From: an uncultured Spirochaetaceae bacterium | Lineage (GTDB): Bacteria; Spirochaetota; Spirochaetia; SZUA-6; Fen-1364 | Assembly (NCBI GenBank): GCA_964353885.1 | Contig: CAYGXO010000063.1 | Location: 14,389 to 78,388 of the forward strand | DNA length: 64,000 nt | Reading direction: 5' to 3' | Part shown: in pieces, positions 44,925 to 53,381 of the stretch | Position numbering within the stretch: position 1 is the stretch's first letter | How the letters are laid out: every line of letters begins with the position of its first letter | Program-made: the position numbers and the translations under genes | The notes under the pieces: model-generated | What the model was told of the DNA's origin: nothing | The model's database searches: none | What the model saw: only the letters and a program-made list of their open reading frames with translations

Positions 44925-45492
44925 TCGGCTTGAGCTCCTGATACAGCGCCAGCGAGTCCGGCGCGAGGGGCGCGGAGGCGGCTCGCACGTAGTGCATTTT
45001 CCGCTCCAGGACGGCGAGCACCATCTCGTCCAGCCCCAGCCCGGACGTCCTGCGGCGGAACTCGGGCGAGACGAAGTCGCGCGTCGGCTCGAGGAAATCG
45101 GCGACGAAGAGGATCCGCGAGAGCATGCCCATTCCCCCACGCCCGGTGACGTGGTCCCGCACGGCCTGCATGACCTCGGGATCCGTGTAGCCCGCGAGCC
45201 GCTCGATGAGGAACGCCGACGCGCGGCCGTGGAGAAGCAGAGGATTCGCCTGCTCGAGCGCGGAGATCCCCTGTCCGTCGGCCTGGCACAGCCCAGCCAT
45301 CTCGGAGAGATCCTTCTCACGGGCGAGGTCGTGCGCGATCCCCGCGATGTACCCCCTGTCCTCGTCCACGCGGAACCTCCCACACAGCTCGCAGGCGAGC
45401 CGCGCAACCTCGCGGGAGTGCGCGATGCGGGGACGGGAGAGGCTCGCCTCGACGAGGGCCGCGATCCTCGAGCGCCACACCGTGTTATCCAT
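44917..45492 (-). CDS. yqeK: HD-domain protein YqeK (bis(5'-nucleosyl)-tetraphosphatase-like)
   Basis: Start reassigned to MDNTVWRSRI... Motifs: HSREVARLA...GIAHDLAR. Conserved nadD-yqeK-rsfS neighbourhood. Confidence 0.75.
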   Translation of the reverse strand: MDNTVWRSRIAALVEASLSRPRIAHSREVARLACELCGRFRVDEDRGYIAGIAHDLAREKDLSEMAGLCQADGQGISALEQANPLLLHGRASAFLIERLAGYTDPEVMQAVRDHVTGRGGMGMLSRILFVADFLEPTRDFVSPEFRRRTSGLGLDEMVLAVLERKMHYVRAASAPLAPDSLALYQELKPNA

Positions 45493-46054
45493 ACAGAGCG
45501 TTCGCCTCGATATAGTCGGCGACCTCGTCCGGCAGGAGGAAACGGATCGTGAGCCCCGCGGCGGCGCGTTGGCGGATGTCCGAGGAGGAAAGAGGGAGGA
45601 GGAAATTGTCCAGCATCCGGTGGGGATACGGAAAGTCAACCGACGCCCCGGGGGTCCGCCGCGCGAGGATGAGGTCGGCCTCCCGCGAGAGCGCCTCGGC
45701 CTCTTTCCACGTGTGGAAGCCGGCCGCGAGGTCGTTTCCGATGAGGAAGCCGGGCTTACCCTCGATGCGGTGACGAGGCACGAGCTCGCGCACGGTCTCG
45801 ATCGAGTAGGAGGGCCCGCCCCGCTCGATCTCGCACGCATCGACGATGAACCGCGCTCGTCCCCGCACCGCCCTCTGCAGCATCTCCAGGCGATGGGAGG
45901 GGGCGAGAATCGGCGCAATGTCCTTGTGGACGGGGTGGAAGGCCGGCGCGAGAATGACGGCGTCGTAGCAGAAGCGGCTCCTCGCCTCCTCGGCGAGAAA
46001 GAGGTGTCCAAAGTGCACGGGATTGAATGTGCCCCCGAGGATGAGCGCCTTCAC
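45485..46054 (-). CDS. nadD: Nicotinate-nucleotide adenylyltransferase
   Basis: LGGTFNPVHFGHL...SSSDIR. Confidence 0.9.
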   Translation of the reverse strand: MKALILGGTFNPVHFGHLFLAEEARSRFCYDAVILAPAFHPVHKDIAPILAPSHRLEMLQRAVRGRARFIVDACEIERGGPSYSIETVRELVPRHRIEGKPGFLIGNDLAAGFHTWKEAEALSREADLILARRTPGASVDFPYPHRMLDNFLLPLSSSDIRQRAAAGLTIRFLLPDEVADYIEANALYG

Positions 46055-47040
46055 GCGGCGCGCCCCACGAGGCCGAGCAGCGTCCGCGCGAGCTCCTCGA
46101 CGCCCTCGCGCGAGAACGACGACACCCCCACCACACGGTCAGCGGGGTACGCGACCGCCAGGTCCCGCAGCCTCTCGCGCGCGCCCTCCAGGTCGAGCTT
46201 CGTTCCGACGAGGATGCGGGGCTTTCCGCGGAGGACCGGCGCGTAGCTGGCCAGCTCCCCGTCCAGCACCATCACGGCCGCCGCGCAGTCCTCCGTTCCG
46301 AGGTCGACGAGGAACAGCAGGGCCGCACAGCGCTCGATGTGGCGAAGGAACTGCAGGCCCAGTCCCCTGCCCTCCGAAGCCCCCTCGATGATGCCCGGGA
46401 TGTCCGCGATGACTATGTCCCGCTCCGAGATCCGCAGCAGCCCGAGGTTCGGCGTGCGCGTGGTGAATGGGTAGTCGGCGATGAGGGGACGGGCATTCGT
46501 GAGGGTTGCGAGGAGCGTGGACTTGCCCGCGTTGGGCAGGCCGACGAGCCCCGCGTCGGCGATGAGGTGAAGCTCGACGCCGAGCTCGCGGGTCTCCCCC
46601 GCGACGCCCTTCTGGGCATAGCGAGGCGCCTGGTTCGTCGAGGTGGCATAGTGGGAGTTGCCCTTGCCTCCGCGCCCGCCGCGCAGGAACACGAAGCGCA
46701 CGCCGTCCGCGGTCAGATCGGCGAGGAGCTCGCCGCTCTCGCGGTCGCGGACCAGGGTGCCGGGCGGAACGGCGATTTCAACGTCCTTCCCGTCCCTCCC
46801 GTGCATGCGCTGACCCGAGCCGCGAACTCCACCGCCCGCGCGGAAGACGCGCTTCAGCTTCAAATGAGAAAGGGTCTTCAGGTTCGACTTCACGATGAAC
46901 ACCACGTCGCCGCCCCTGCCGCCGTCCCCGCCGTCGGGCCCGCCCCGCGGCACGAACTTCTCGCGGCGGAAAGAAACGCAGCCATCGCCGCCGCTCCCCG
47001 ACGAGACGACGATCGTGGTCTCATCCACGAAGCCGTTCAC
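46051..47040 (-). CDS. obg: GTPase Obg
   Basis: FVDETTIVVSSGSGGDGCVSFRREKFVPRGGPDGGDGGRGGDV. G1 motif GLPNAGKST. GTG at 47040 is chosen as the start; the track ORF runs into rpmA. Confidence 0.9.
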   Translation of the reverse strand: MNGFVDETTIVVSSGSGGDGCVSFRREKFVPRGGPDGGDGGRGGDVVFIVKSNLKTLSHLKLKRVFRAGGGVRGSGQRMHGRDGKDVEIAVPPGTLVRDRESGELLADLTADGVRFVFLRGGRGGKGNSHYATSTNQAPRYAQKGVAGETRELGVELHLIADAGLVGLPNAGKSTLLATLTNARPLIADYPFTTRTPNLGLLRISERDIVIADIPGIIEGASEGRGLGLQFLRHIERCAALLFLVDLGTEDCAAAVMVLDGELASYAPVLRGKPRILVGTKLDLEGARERLRDLAVAYPADRVVGVSSFSREGVEELARTLLGLVGRAA

Positions 47041-47047
47041 GGGGAAG

Positions 47048-47305
47048 TCAGGCCAAAGCTCCGGGTTGGATGCCGACGAAGTTCCTCCCCCGCCTGGTCT
47101 GGAACACGACCTGGCCGTCGAGAAGGGCGAAGAGAGTGTCGTCACGGCCGCGGCCGACGTTCTCACCGGGGTGGAACTTCGTCCCCCTCTGGCGAACGAT
47201 GATCGTCCCCGCGCTCACCGCCTGCCCGGCGAAGCGCTTGATGCCCAGCCTCTTTGCCTGTGAGTCTCTTCCGTTCTTCGCAGCTCCGCCTTTTTTTCGT
47301 CCCAT
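47048..47305 (-). CDS. rpmA: 50S ribosomal protein L27
   Basis: [62 protein letters not shown]. Confidence 0.95.
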   Translation of the reverse strand: MGRKKGGAAKNGRDSQAKRLGIKRFAGQAVSAGTIIVRQRGTKFHPGENVGRGRDDTLFALLDGQVVFQTRRGRNFVGIQPGALA

Positions 47306-47663
47306 CGAAAAGCTCCCTTCCGCACCGAATGAATCCGGATCCGCGCCTGACCCTCAGGACGATCTGATCCGGATACTCCTTCTGAAGATCGCACAGGCCT
47401 CTCAGGAGAAACTCCCCCACCCCGCGCAGCCACGATCCGTCGAGGCCGGCCGAAGAGGGAATCGCGAACCGCATCCTGCCGGGCCGCGACGCGGACCCCT
47501 CCGCCGCTCCTTCGCGATGCAACAGCTTTCCCGCTGTCCGTAGGAGAATCGTCGCCGCGGCGCAGGCGACGTTCTGGCCGGCCGTCGCTCCCCCGACATG
47601 TCCTGATGCCCGCACGCCGTGCAAGAGCCCGTCCGGACGGAACCTCAGGACGATGCGAAGCAC
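47163..47663 (-). CDS. Ribosomal-processing cysteine protease Prp-like (DUF464). The ORF has no stop before rpmA and reads 140 nt into it out of frame.
   Basis: [37 protein letters not shown] carries the His/Cys dyad context. It sits between rplU and rpmA. The conserved part is about 47330-47663. Confidence 0.6.
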   Translation of the reverse strand: MLRIVLRFRPDGLLHGVRASGHVGGATAGQNVACAAATILLRTAGKLLHREGAAEGSASRPGRMRFAIPSSAGLDGSWLRGVGEFLLRGLCDLQKEYPDQIVLRVRRGSGFIRCGRELFDGTKKRRSCEERKRLTGKEAGHQALRRAGGERGDDHRSPEGDEVPPR

Positions 47664-47669
47664 GGGGGG

Positions 47670-47987
47670 TCAACCGAGGCCGTTGAAACCTTCAACCTTG
47701 ATCGTCGAGTACTGCTGCCGATGGCCCTGCCGGCGGCGATAGTTCTTCTTCTTCTTGTACTTGCCGACAATAACCTTCTTGCCCTTGCCGTGATCCTCGA
47801 CGACCGCCCTGACCGCGACGCCGGGGACGTACGGGCTGCCGATCCGCACCGAGCCGCCGTCGGATATCATGAGAACCGACGGGAACTCGATCGCGCTTCC
47901 CTTCTCCTGCAGCACGTGATCTATGGTGAGGAGGCTTCCCTGCTCGACCCTGTACTGCTTGCCCAAAATGTCCACAAGAGCATACAT
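47670..47987 (-). CDS. rplU: 50S ribosomal protein L21
   Basis: MYALVDILGKQYRVEQGSLL...KKKKNYRRRQGHRQ. Confidence 0.95.
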   Translation of the reverse strand: MYALVDILGKQYRVEQGSLLTIDHVLQEKGSAIEFPSVLMISDGGSVRIGSPYVPGVAVRAVVEDHGKGKKVIVGKYKKKKNYRRRQGHRQQYSTIKVEGFNGLG

Positions 47988-48045
47988 ACCATGCTACCTC
48001 GAATAGAATCCTTCGACCTCCGGCGTGACGCCCGGGTCAGGACAT

Positions 48046-48075
48046 ACAGTACAAAAATTGGGAGGCAAAGGTCAA
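48046..48075 (-). promoter_or_regulatory. Candidate promoter of the rplU-prp-rpmA-obg operon
   Basis: Minus strand reads TTGACC-18 nt-TACTGT. The -10 is weak. Confidence 0.3.
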
Positions 48076-48121
48076 GGGGGGCGCAGCAGAGCTGACGCGA
48101 AGATTCGCGGCCGGCCGTCTC

Positions 48122-48577
48122 CTACTCGTCTTCGGGCGGGGCGAAGAGGATCTTCAACTCCTCGGCCGAGACCATGTGCTCATCCTCCTGGGGACCGGTG
48201 GCTTGTCCCGAGAGCAGGGCGCGTATCTCCGCGGCATCGCGCAGGTGGGCAGCCTGCATCTCCTGGATGCCATCGAGCCTGTCGAGGAGGTGCTGCGCGA
48301 AAGGGGAGCGTTTCTGGAGGATGTCGCCGAGAGCCTCGGCGAAGGCGCGCTTCAGCTTTTGGACTTCCTTCAGGTGCTCCTGCCGTCCCACGAACGTCGG
48401 GCTGGCCCTCAGGCCCGCGCATATCCTCCCGATGGTCGCGTCGAGATACGCGAGGTCCCCGACGATGCGCTCGCGGAAGAACTCGGGATCGATCTCGAGG
48501 CGCAGCATGTCGCGCAGGCAGCGGACTTGAAGCGCGAGGGAAAATATGTCGTCCTCGTAGTTGATGCGCCGCGTCAT
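48122..48577 (-). CDS. Hypothetical 151-aa helical protein
   Basis: Clean ORF with core-like composition. No motif recognised. Confidence 0.55.
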   Translation of the reverse strand: MTRRINYEDDIFSLALQVRCLRDMLRLEIDPEFFRERIVGDLAYLDATIGRICAGLRASPTFVGRQEHLKEVQKLKRAFAEALGDILQKRSPFAQHLLDRLDGIQEMQAAHLRDAAEIRALLSGQATGPQEDEHMVSAEELKILFAPPEDE

Positions 48578-48613
48578 GTGTCATTTCCATGATCGGCGCC
48601 CCGGACGGGTCAC

Positions 48614-48642
48614 TTGACAGAAGCCGCCGGGGTCGCTATCTT
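48614..48642 (+). promoter_or_regulatory. Promoter of the rpsF-ssb-rpsR operon
   Basis: TTGACA-17 nt-TATCTT. The 5' leader contains the nested hairpin AGCCCC..CCGGG tgcg CCCGG..GGGGCT (48658-48690), possibly an rpsF-leader-type element. Confidence 0.5.
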
Positions 48643-48719
48643 GGTTTTTCCCTCTTTAGCCCCCGCCGGGTGCGCCCGGGGAAAGGGGCTCATACGTCCA
48701 CAGGGAGGAAACGACAGGA

Positions 48720-49001
48720 ATGAAGACCTACGAAGCGGTCGTGATCTTTGCGAGCGACGCCGCCCCCTACCAGGAGGGGCGCGAGTTCCTCAAGAAGGAG
48801 TTCGAGGGCGCTGGGATCGCGGTGACCAAGGAAGAAGACATGGGCGACAGGCTCCTCGCCTACCCGGTGCGCAAGAACGACCGGGGACACTACATGCTCT
48901 ACACCATCCAGAGCGCGCCGGAGCCTCTCAAAGCGCTGAACAAGACTCTCAAGCTCAGACCCGAAATCCTCAAGTACCTATTCGTCAGAAAAGACGAGTA
49001 G
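48720..49001 (+). CDS. rpsF: 30S ribosomal protein S6
   Basis: MKTYEAVVIFASD...RLLAYPVRKNDRGHYMLY. Confidence 0.95.
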   Translation: MKTYEAVVIFASDAAPYQEGREFLKKEFEGAGIAVTKEEDMGDRLLAYPVRKNDRGHYMLYTIQSAPEPLKALNKTLKLRPEILKYLFVRKDE

Positions 49002-49024
49002 CGTTTCGCGCGGGGGAGGGCACG

Positions 49025-49480
49025 ATGGCAGACATCAACCACGTCGTTCTCGTAGGCAGGCTGACGCGCAATGCCGAGTTGAAGTACACGACAGGGGGCG
49101 GAGCGGTCAGCAAGTTCGGACTCGCGGTCAACCAGAGGCGGAAAAAGGACGAGCAGTGGGTCGAAGAGGCCCACTTCTTCGACGTCGTCGTCTGGGGAAA
49201 GACCGCGGAAGCGCTGAACCAGTACCTCGTGAAGGGCAAGCAGGTCGGCATCGAAGGCCAGCTCCGGCAGAGCAGGTGGGAGCAGGACGGCCAGGCGAGG
49301 AGCAGGGTCGAGATCTCGGCCACCAATGTGATGCTCCTCGGCAGTGGGAGCGGCGGCGGCCGCGCGGGTCCAGGCGCGGGTCCAGGCGCGGGTCCGACCC
49401 CAGAGTCCAAAGGCGCGCAGGAGTTTCCCGAGGGAGAGGCTCCTGCGGCTGACCATTTCGAAGACGACATTCCATTCTAG
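49025..49480 (+). CDS. ssb: Single-stranded DNA-binding protein
   Basis: [22 protein letters not shown]..., a Gly/Pro linker and the acidic tip FEDDIPF. Confidence 0.95.
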   Translation: MADINHVVLVGRLTRNAELKYTTGGGAVSKFGLAVNQRRKKDEQWVEEAHFFDVVVWGKTAEALNQYLVKGKQVGIEGQLRQSRWEQDGQARSRVEISATNVMLLGSGSGGGRAGPGAGPGAGPTPESKGAQEFPEGEAPAADHFEDDIPF

Positions 49481-49497
49481 GAGAGAGGAAACCGAGC

Positions 49498-50022
49498 ATG
49501 TCAGATACACGGCAGGACAAACCCGAGAGCACAAGTAAAAGCGCCGATGCGAAGAGCGCCTCCGGCGCCGAACAGAGGCCCGCGGAGGCAGCTCCCGCGC
49601 AAAACGGGCGCCCGGCGCAACCCGATCGGCCCACGACGGTCGAACGTCCCCCCATGGGCGACAGGCCCCCGAGGACCGATCGGCCCGAAGGCGGTTACAG
49701 GTCCGAGGGTGGAGAGCGACGCGAAGGAGGCTATAGGTCGGAGGGCGGCTACAGGTCCGACCGAGGCGACCGCGGAGAGCGGGGCGGTTTCCAGGGCCGG
49801 GGCCGGCACAAGACGTTCTTCAAGCGGAAGGTCTGCAAGTTCTGCATCAAGAAAGCGACGATTGACTACAAGGACGCCGGCGGCCTGAAGCGCTTCACGA
49901 GCGAGCGGGGCAAGATCATGCCCCGGCGGATCACGGGCACCTGCGCGAAGCACCAGCGGGAGCTCGCAACGGCGATCAAACGGGCGCGCTGCCTCGCCCT
50001 CATGCCCTACGTCGGTCGGTAG
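49498..50022 (+). CDS. rpsR: 30S ribosomal protein S18 with a ~105-aa Arg/Gly/Glu/Pro-rich N-terminal extension
   Basis: Core [58 protein letters not shown]. The ATG at 49498 has SD AGGAGAGAGGAAA. Confidence 0.85.
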   Translation: MSDTRQDKPESTSKSADAKSASGAEQRPAEAAPAQNGRPAQPDRPTTVERPPMGDRPPRTDRPEGGYRSEGGERREGGYRSEGGYRSDRGDRGERGGFQGRGRHKTFFKRKVCKFCIKKATIDYKDAGGLKRFTSERGKIMPRRITGTCAKHQRELATAIKRARCLALMPYVGR

Positions 50023-50055
50023 GCGGCGGAAAGGCCACTCTGTGGTCGGCCGGCG

Positions 50056-51090
50056 ATGCGGCAGGGAACAGCGGGCGGACGGCTTCTCGAGATCTTCCTC
50101 TTCGCACTCTCCTCTTTCATCCTGTACTACTTCGGGGTCGGGATTCTTTTCTTCCTGATCCCCCTGCAGGTGGTGGCGGCGAGGAGGGGCGCGCGGGGGC
50201 TGCTCGCGAGCGCGGGCGCTTTCCTGGTCATGGTCGCCTGCGTCAGGCTCGCGACGACGCTCCCCGGCGAGCCGATGCCCGGGACGGGGCTCCTTCTCGC
50301 AATCGAGCTGTTCGGCATTGCGGTGCTGCTTCTGGGCCTGCTCGCCGTGAATCTTCGGTGGCCGGGCGGCCTGCGGACCCTGCCGAAAGTTCTCGCTGCG
50401 GGAGCCGCGACGGGCCTGCTTGCCGTGCCGCTCGTCCTGCTTCTCGCAAGGAGCGCGGTGTTCACCGATGCCATGGAGGGGCTTTTCGCAGAGGTGTCGA
50501 GGATGATCGGGTCCCTGTTCGCGACGGCCGACGGAAAAGCCGCGTCGGCCCTCTCGTCGATCCTCGAGCCTGCGAAGCTCATGCAGGTCACGAAGGCCTG
50601 GTTCCTGCGCAGCTTCATCGCGGGATACATCGCGGTCCTCGGCTTCTCGTGGTGGGCGGGCAGCGCCTCGGCGGCGCGCTCCCTCGCACTCAGAGGCGGG
50701 CTGCTTCCTGCAACGGCACAGAGGCCAGCGCGTCTCTCGGAGTTCCGCCTGGAGGCCTTCTACCTATGGCCGTTGATCGCTTCCTGGGCTGGCATCGGTC
50801 TGGATCTGTGGTTCGGGCTCTCCTTCGCCTCGTACACCGTGTGGAACGCCGGTCTCGTGATGCTCTTCCTCTACGGCCTGCAGGGCGTGGCGATCCTGCG
50901 ATTCCTCTTCGAGAAGCACCGCCTGCCCCGGCTGCTGTGGTTCCTGCTCGTCGTCGGCCTGCTCGTCCTCGCCATATCGCCGCGCACGAACCTGTTCATC
51001 GTCATCGCAGTCCCCGTTTTCGGGATATCGGAGAACTGGATTCGGTACCGGGTCCGCGAGGTCCCGGGCGCCGATGAGCGAAAGGAGTAG
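50056..51090 (+). CDS. Polytopic membrane protein, DUF2232/YybS-like
   Basis: Multiple TM helices. Its position between rpsR and rplI is the same as yybS in Firmicutes. Confidence 0.55.
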   Translation: MRQGTAGGRLLEIFLFALSSFILYYFGVGILFFLIPLQVVAARRGARGLLASAGAFLVMVACVRLATTLPGEPMPGTGLLLAIELFGIAVLLLGLLAVNLRWPGGLRTLPKVLAAGAATGLLAVPLVLLLARSAVFTDAMEGLFAEVSRMIGSLFATADGKAASALSSILEPAKLMQVTKAWFLRSFIAGYIAVLGFSWWAGSASAARSLALRGGLLPATAQRPARLSEFRLEAFYLWPLIASWAGIGLDLWFGLSFASYTVWNAGLVMLFLYGLQGVAILRFLFEKHRLPRLLWFLLVVGLLVLAISPRTNLFIVIAVPVFGISENWIRYRVREVPGADERKE

Positions 51091-51096
51091 ACTCTC

Positions 51097-51561
51097 ATGA
51101 AGGTGATCCTCAATTCGGATGTCGTCGGTCTCGGGGAAGAGGGCGACATCAAGGAAGTGACCGACGGGTATGCCCGCAACTTCCTCCTGCCGAAAAAGCT
51201 AGCAGTCCCTCACACGCGCGAGAACCTCGCAGCGCTCCAGCACAGGATGGCGGCGATCCAGAAGCGCAGGGAGGAGAAGCGCCAGGAGGCGCTCGGCCTC
51301 AAGGAGCGCTTGGAGGCGGAGGAGATCAAGTTCTCCATGCCCGCCGGCGAGAACGGGAAGCTTTTCGGCTCGGTGAGCAGCGCGATGGTGGCGACCGAGC
51401 TGGAGAAGCGTGGCTACCAGATCGAGAAGAAGCGGGTCGAGATCCCCGACCACACCATCCGCACCGTCGGCAGCTTCAAGATCAAGGTGAAGCTCTACGA
51501 CAAGGAAGAGGCCACAGTGAAGCTCTCCATCGAGGGCGTCGCCCAGGGCGCAAAGGGGTAG
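51097..51561 (+). CDS. rplI: 50S ribosomal protein L9
   Basis: MKVILNSDVVGLGEEGDIKEVTDGYARNFLLPKKLA. Confidence 0.95.
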   Translation: MKVILNSDVVGLGEEGDIKEVTDGYARNFLLPKKLAVPHTRENLAALQHRMAAIQKRREEKRQEALGLKERLEAEEIKFSMPAGENGKLFGSVSSAMVATELEKRGYQIEKKRVEIPDHTIRTVGSFKIKVKLYDKEEATVKLSIEGVAQGAKG

Positions 51562-51596
51562 GCGCGGGGCAAGGCCCGCGCACGGCAAGCGCCGCG

Positions 51597-52916
51597 ATGT
51601 CCTCCGCGAATCTGCGCGACAGCGTCCCCTCCCACAACGACGAGGCAGAAGTCGCCTGCCTCGGAGCCGTCCTCATCGATCCGGAGGCCCTGCCGTCGAT
51701 CATCCACCTCGTGCGCCCCGAGGACTTCTACAAGGCGGCGCACCAGAGGATCTACGAGGCGGTGATCGGCCTGTTCGACAGGGGACAGTCGATCGATCTC
51801 ATCACGCTGACCGACGAGCTTCGCGCGCGCGGCTCGCTGGAGCAGTGCGGGGGGCTCGCCTCCATCTCCCGCCTCACCTCCGCCGTCCCCACGAGCGCGA
51901 ACGTCGAGTTCTACGCGAAGATCGTCCAGGCGGCGAGCATTCGCAGGAGCCTGAACAGGATCTCGCAGGAGATCATCGCACAGTCGCACGACGAGCAGTC
52001 CGAGATCCGCGTGATCCTGGAGGAGGCCGAGCGGAAGATCTTCGACATCTCCGATCGCCATCAGACAGGGACCTACCACCCCGCCAAGGAGATCGTCCGC
52101 CAGACCTTCGACGCGATCGAGAAGCACTACCACTCCAAGTCGGAGTACACGGGCATCCCATCGGGCTTCAAGGAGCTGGACCAGCTCACGATGGGATTCC
52201 AGAACTCCGAGTTCATCGTCATCGGCGCCCGCCCATCGGTCGGCAAGACCGCCTTCGCTCTCACAATTGCCTCGAACATCTCGATCAGAAACCGAGTGCC
52301 GGTGGGGTTCTTCACGCTGGAAATGTCCAGCATGGCGATCATGCAGCGAATGCTGAGCATGGAGGCGCGGCTGGACTCCCAGCGCATGCGTACGGGCATG
52401 CTGAGCCCCGCGGATTTCGGCAGGATCACCGAAGCCTGCGGGAGGCTGTACGAGGCGCCTCTCTTCATCAGCGACTCCCCCGATCTCAAGCTGCTCGACC
52501 TTCGGGCCCAGGCTCGCCGGATGAAGAGCCACCAGGACGTGAAGATCATCTTCATCGACTACATCACCCTCATCGGCTCCGAGAACAGGGACCTCCCCCG
52601 CCACGAGCAGATCGCGGAGGTCTCCCGATCGCTGAAGTCGCTCGCGCGCGAGCTTGCCATCCCCGTCATCGCCCTCTCGCAGGTGCGCCGCGAGACCGAG
52701 GGCAAGAAGCCTTCCCTCGCGGACCTGCGCGAAAGCGGTTCGATCGAGCAGGACGCCGACGTCGTGATCTTCCTGCACACGGAAGACCTGAAGTCGGAGG
52801 TCCGCGAGGTGAACATCGCCAAGCAGAGGAACGGCCCCGTCGGAGATTTCAAGCTCGCCTTCCTCGCCAAGTACACGAAGTTCGAGCCCCTCGAGCGGGG
52901 CTCGTCGATGGAGTGA
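51597..52916 (+). CDS. dnaB: Replicative DNA helicase
   Basis: PSHNDEAEVACLGAVLID, GARPSVGKTAFAL, IFIDYITLI, ALSQVRRE, SGSIEQDADVV. Confidence 0.95.
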   Translation: MSSANLRDSVPSHNDEAEVACLGAVLIDPEALPSIIHLVRPEDFYKAAHQRIYEAVIGLFDRGQSIDLITLTDELRARGSLEQCGGLASISRLTSAVPTSANVEFYAKIVQAASIRRSLNRISQEIIAQSHDEQSEIRVILEEAERKIFDISDRHQTGTYHPAKEIVRQTFDAIEKHYHSKSEYTGIPSGFKELDQLTMGFQNSEFIVIGARPSVGKTAFALTIASNISIRNRVPVGFFTLEMSSMAIMQRMLSMEARLDSQRMRTGMLSPADFGRITEACGRLYEAPLFISDSPDLKLLDLRAQARRMKSHQDVKIIFIDYITLIGSENRDLPRHEQIAEVSRSLKSLARELAIPVIALSQVRRETEGKKPSLADLRESGSIEQDADVVIFLHTEDLKSEVREVNIAKQRNGPVGDFKLAFLAKYTKFEPLERGSSME

Positions 52917-52924
52917 AAGACACA

Positions 52925-53266
52925 ATGGCCCTGCGGGATCGATACGACTTCGAAAGCCTCGTGAACGTGGCGGAGAGCCTCGTCCTGCGCGAGCTCGAGA
53001 CTCAACTCGCCAGGCTAGGCGCCTTGGATGCGAGGGGAAGCGTCTCCGGCGCCGCAGCGAAAGGCGGTGCTGTGCCCTGCGCCTGTAGGGACTGCGTGCT
53101 GGACATGGCCGCATACGCGCTCAACAATGTCAAGCCGTCCTATCGCGTGTCGCTCATGGGAAGCTTCTCTGCAGGGTCATCCGAAGAGGCGGGCTACGCA
53201 AAGGAAATCTCCCGGGTCGTGCGGGAGGCGATCGAGAAGGTCCGGGGGAATCCATCGCACGACTAG
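52925..53266 (+). CDS. ComFB-family protein
   Basis: LVNVAESLVLRELE...CACRDCVLDMAAYALNNVKPSYRVS matches the ComFB pattern as I recall it. Start reassigned to ATG at 52925. Confidence 0.7.
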   Translation: MALRDRYDFESLVNVAESLVLRELETQLARLGALDARGSVSGAAAKGGAVPCACRDCVLDMAAYALNNVKPSYRVSLMGSFSAGSSEEAGYAKEISRVVREAIEKVRGNPSHD

Positions 53267-53280
53267 GTCGACGCCGCAGG

Positions 53281-53381
53281 CGCCCTTTCGGCATCCCTGC
53301 CTCGGGCGACCTCGCCCTCCCTGGCTAGGGTCGCCCTTTCGGCATCCCTGCCTCGGGCGACCTCGCCCTCCCTGGCTAGGG
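53281..53381. repeat. Two perfect tandem copies of a 50-nt palindrome-containing unit (period 51 bp)
   Basis: cgccctttcggcatccctgcctcgggcgacctcgccctccctggctaggg occurs at 53281-53330 and 53332-53381. Each unit contains GGGCGAcctCGCCC-type inverted repeats. Copy 2 contains the stop codon of the WD40 gene. Confidence 0.9.

Noticed and set aside
51495-53114. 539-aa minus-strand ORF
   Set aside because: It is antisense to dnaB and comFB, has an Arg/Gly/Asp-rich low-information sequence, and has no RBS context.
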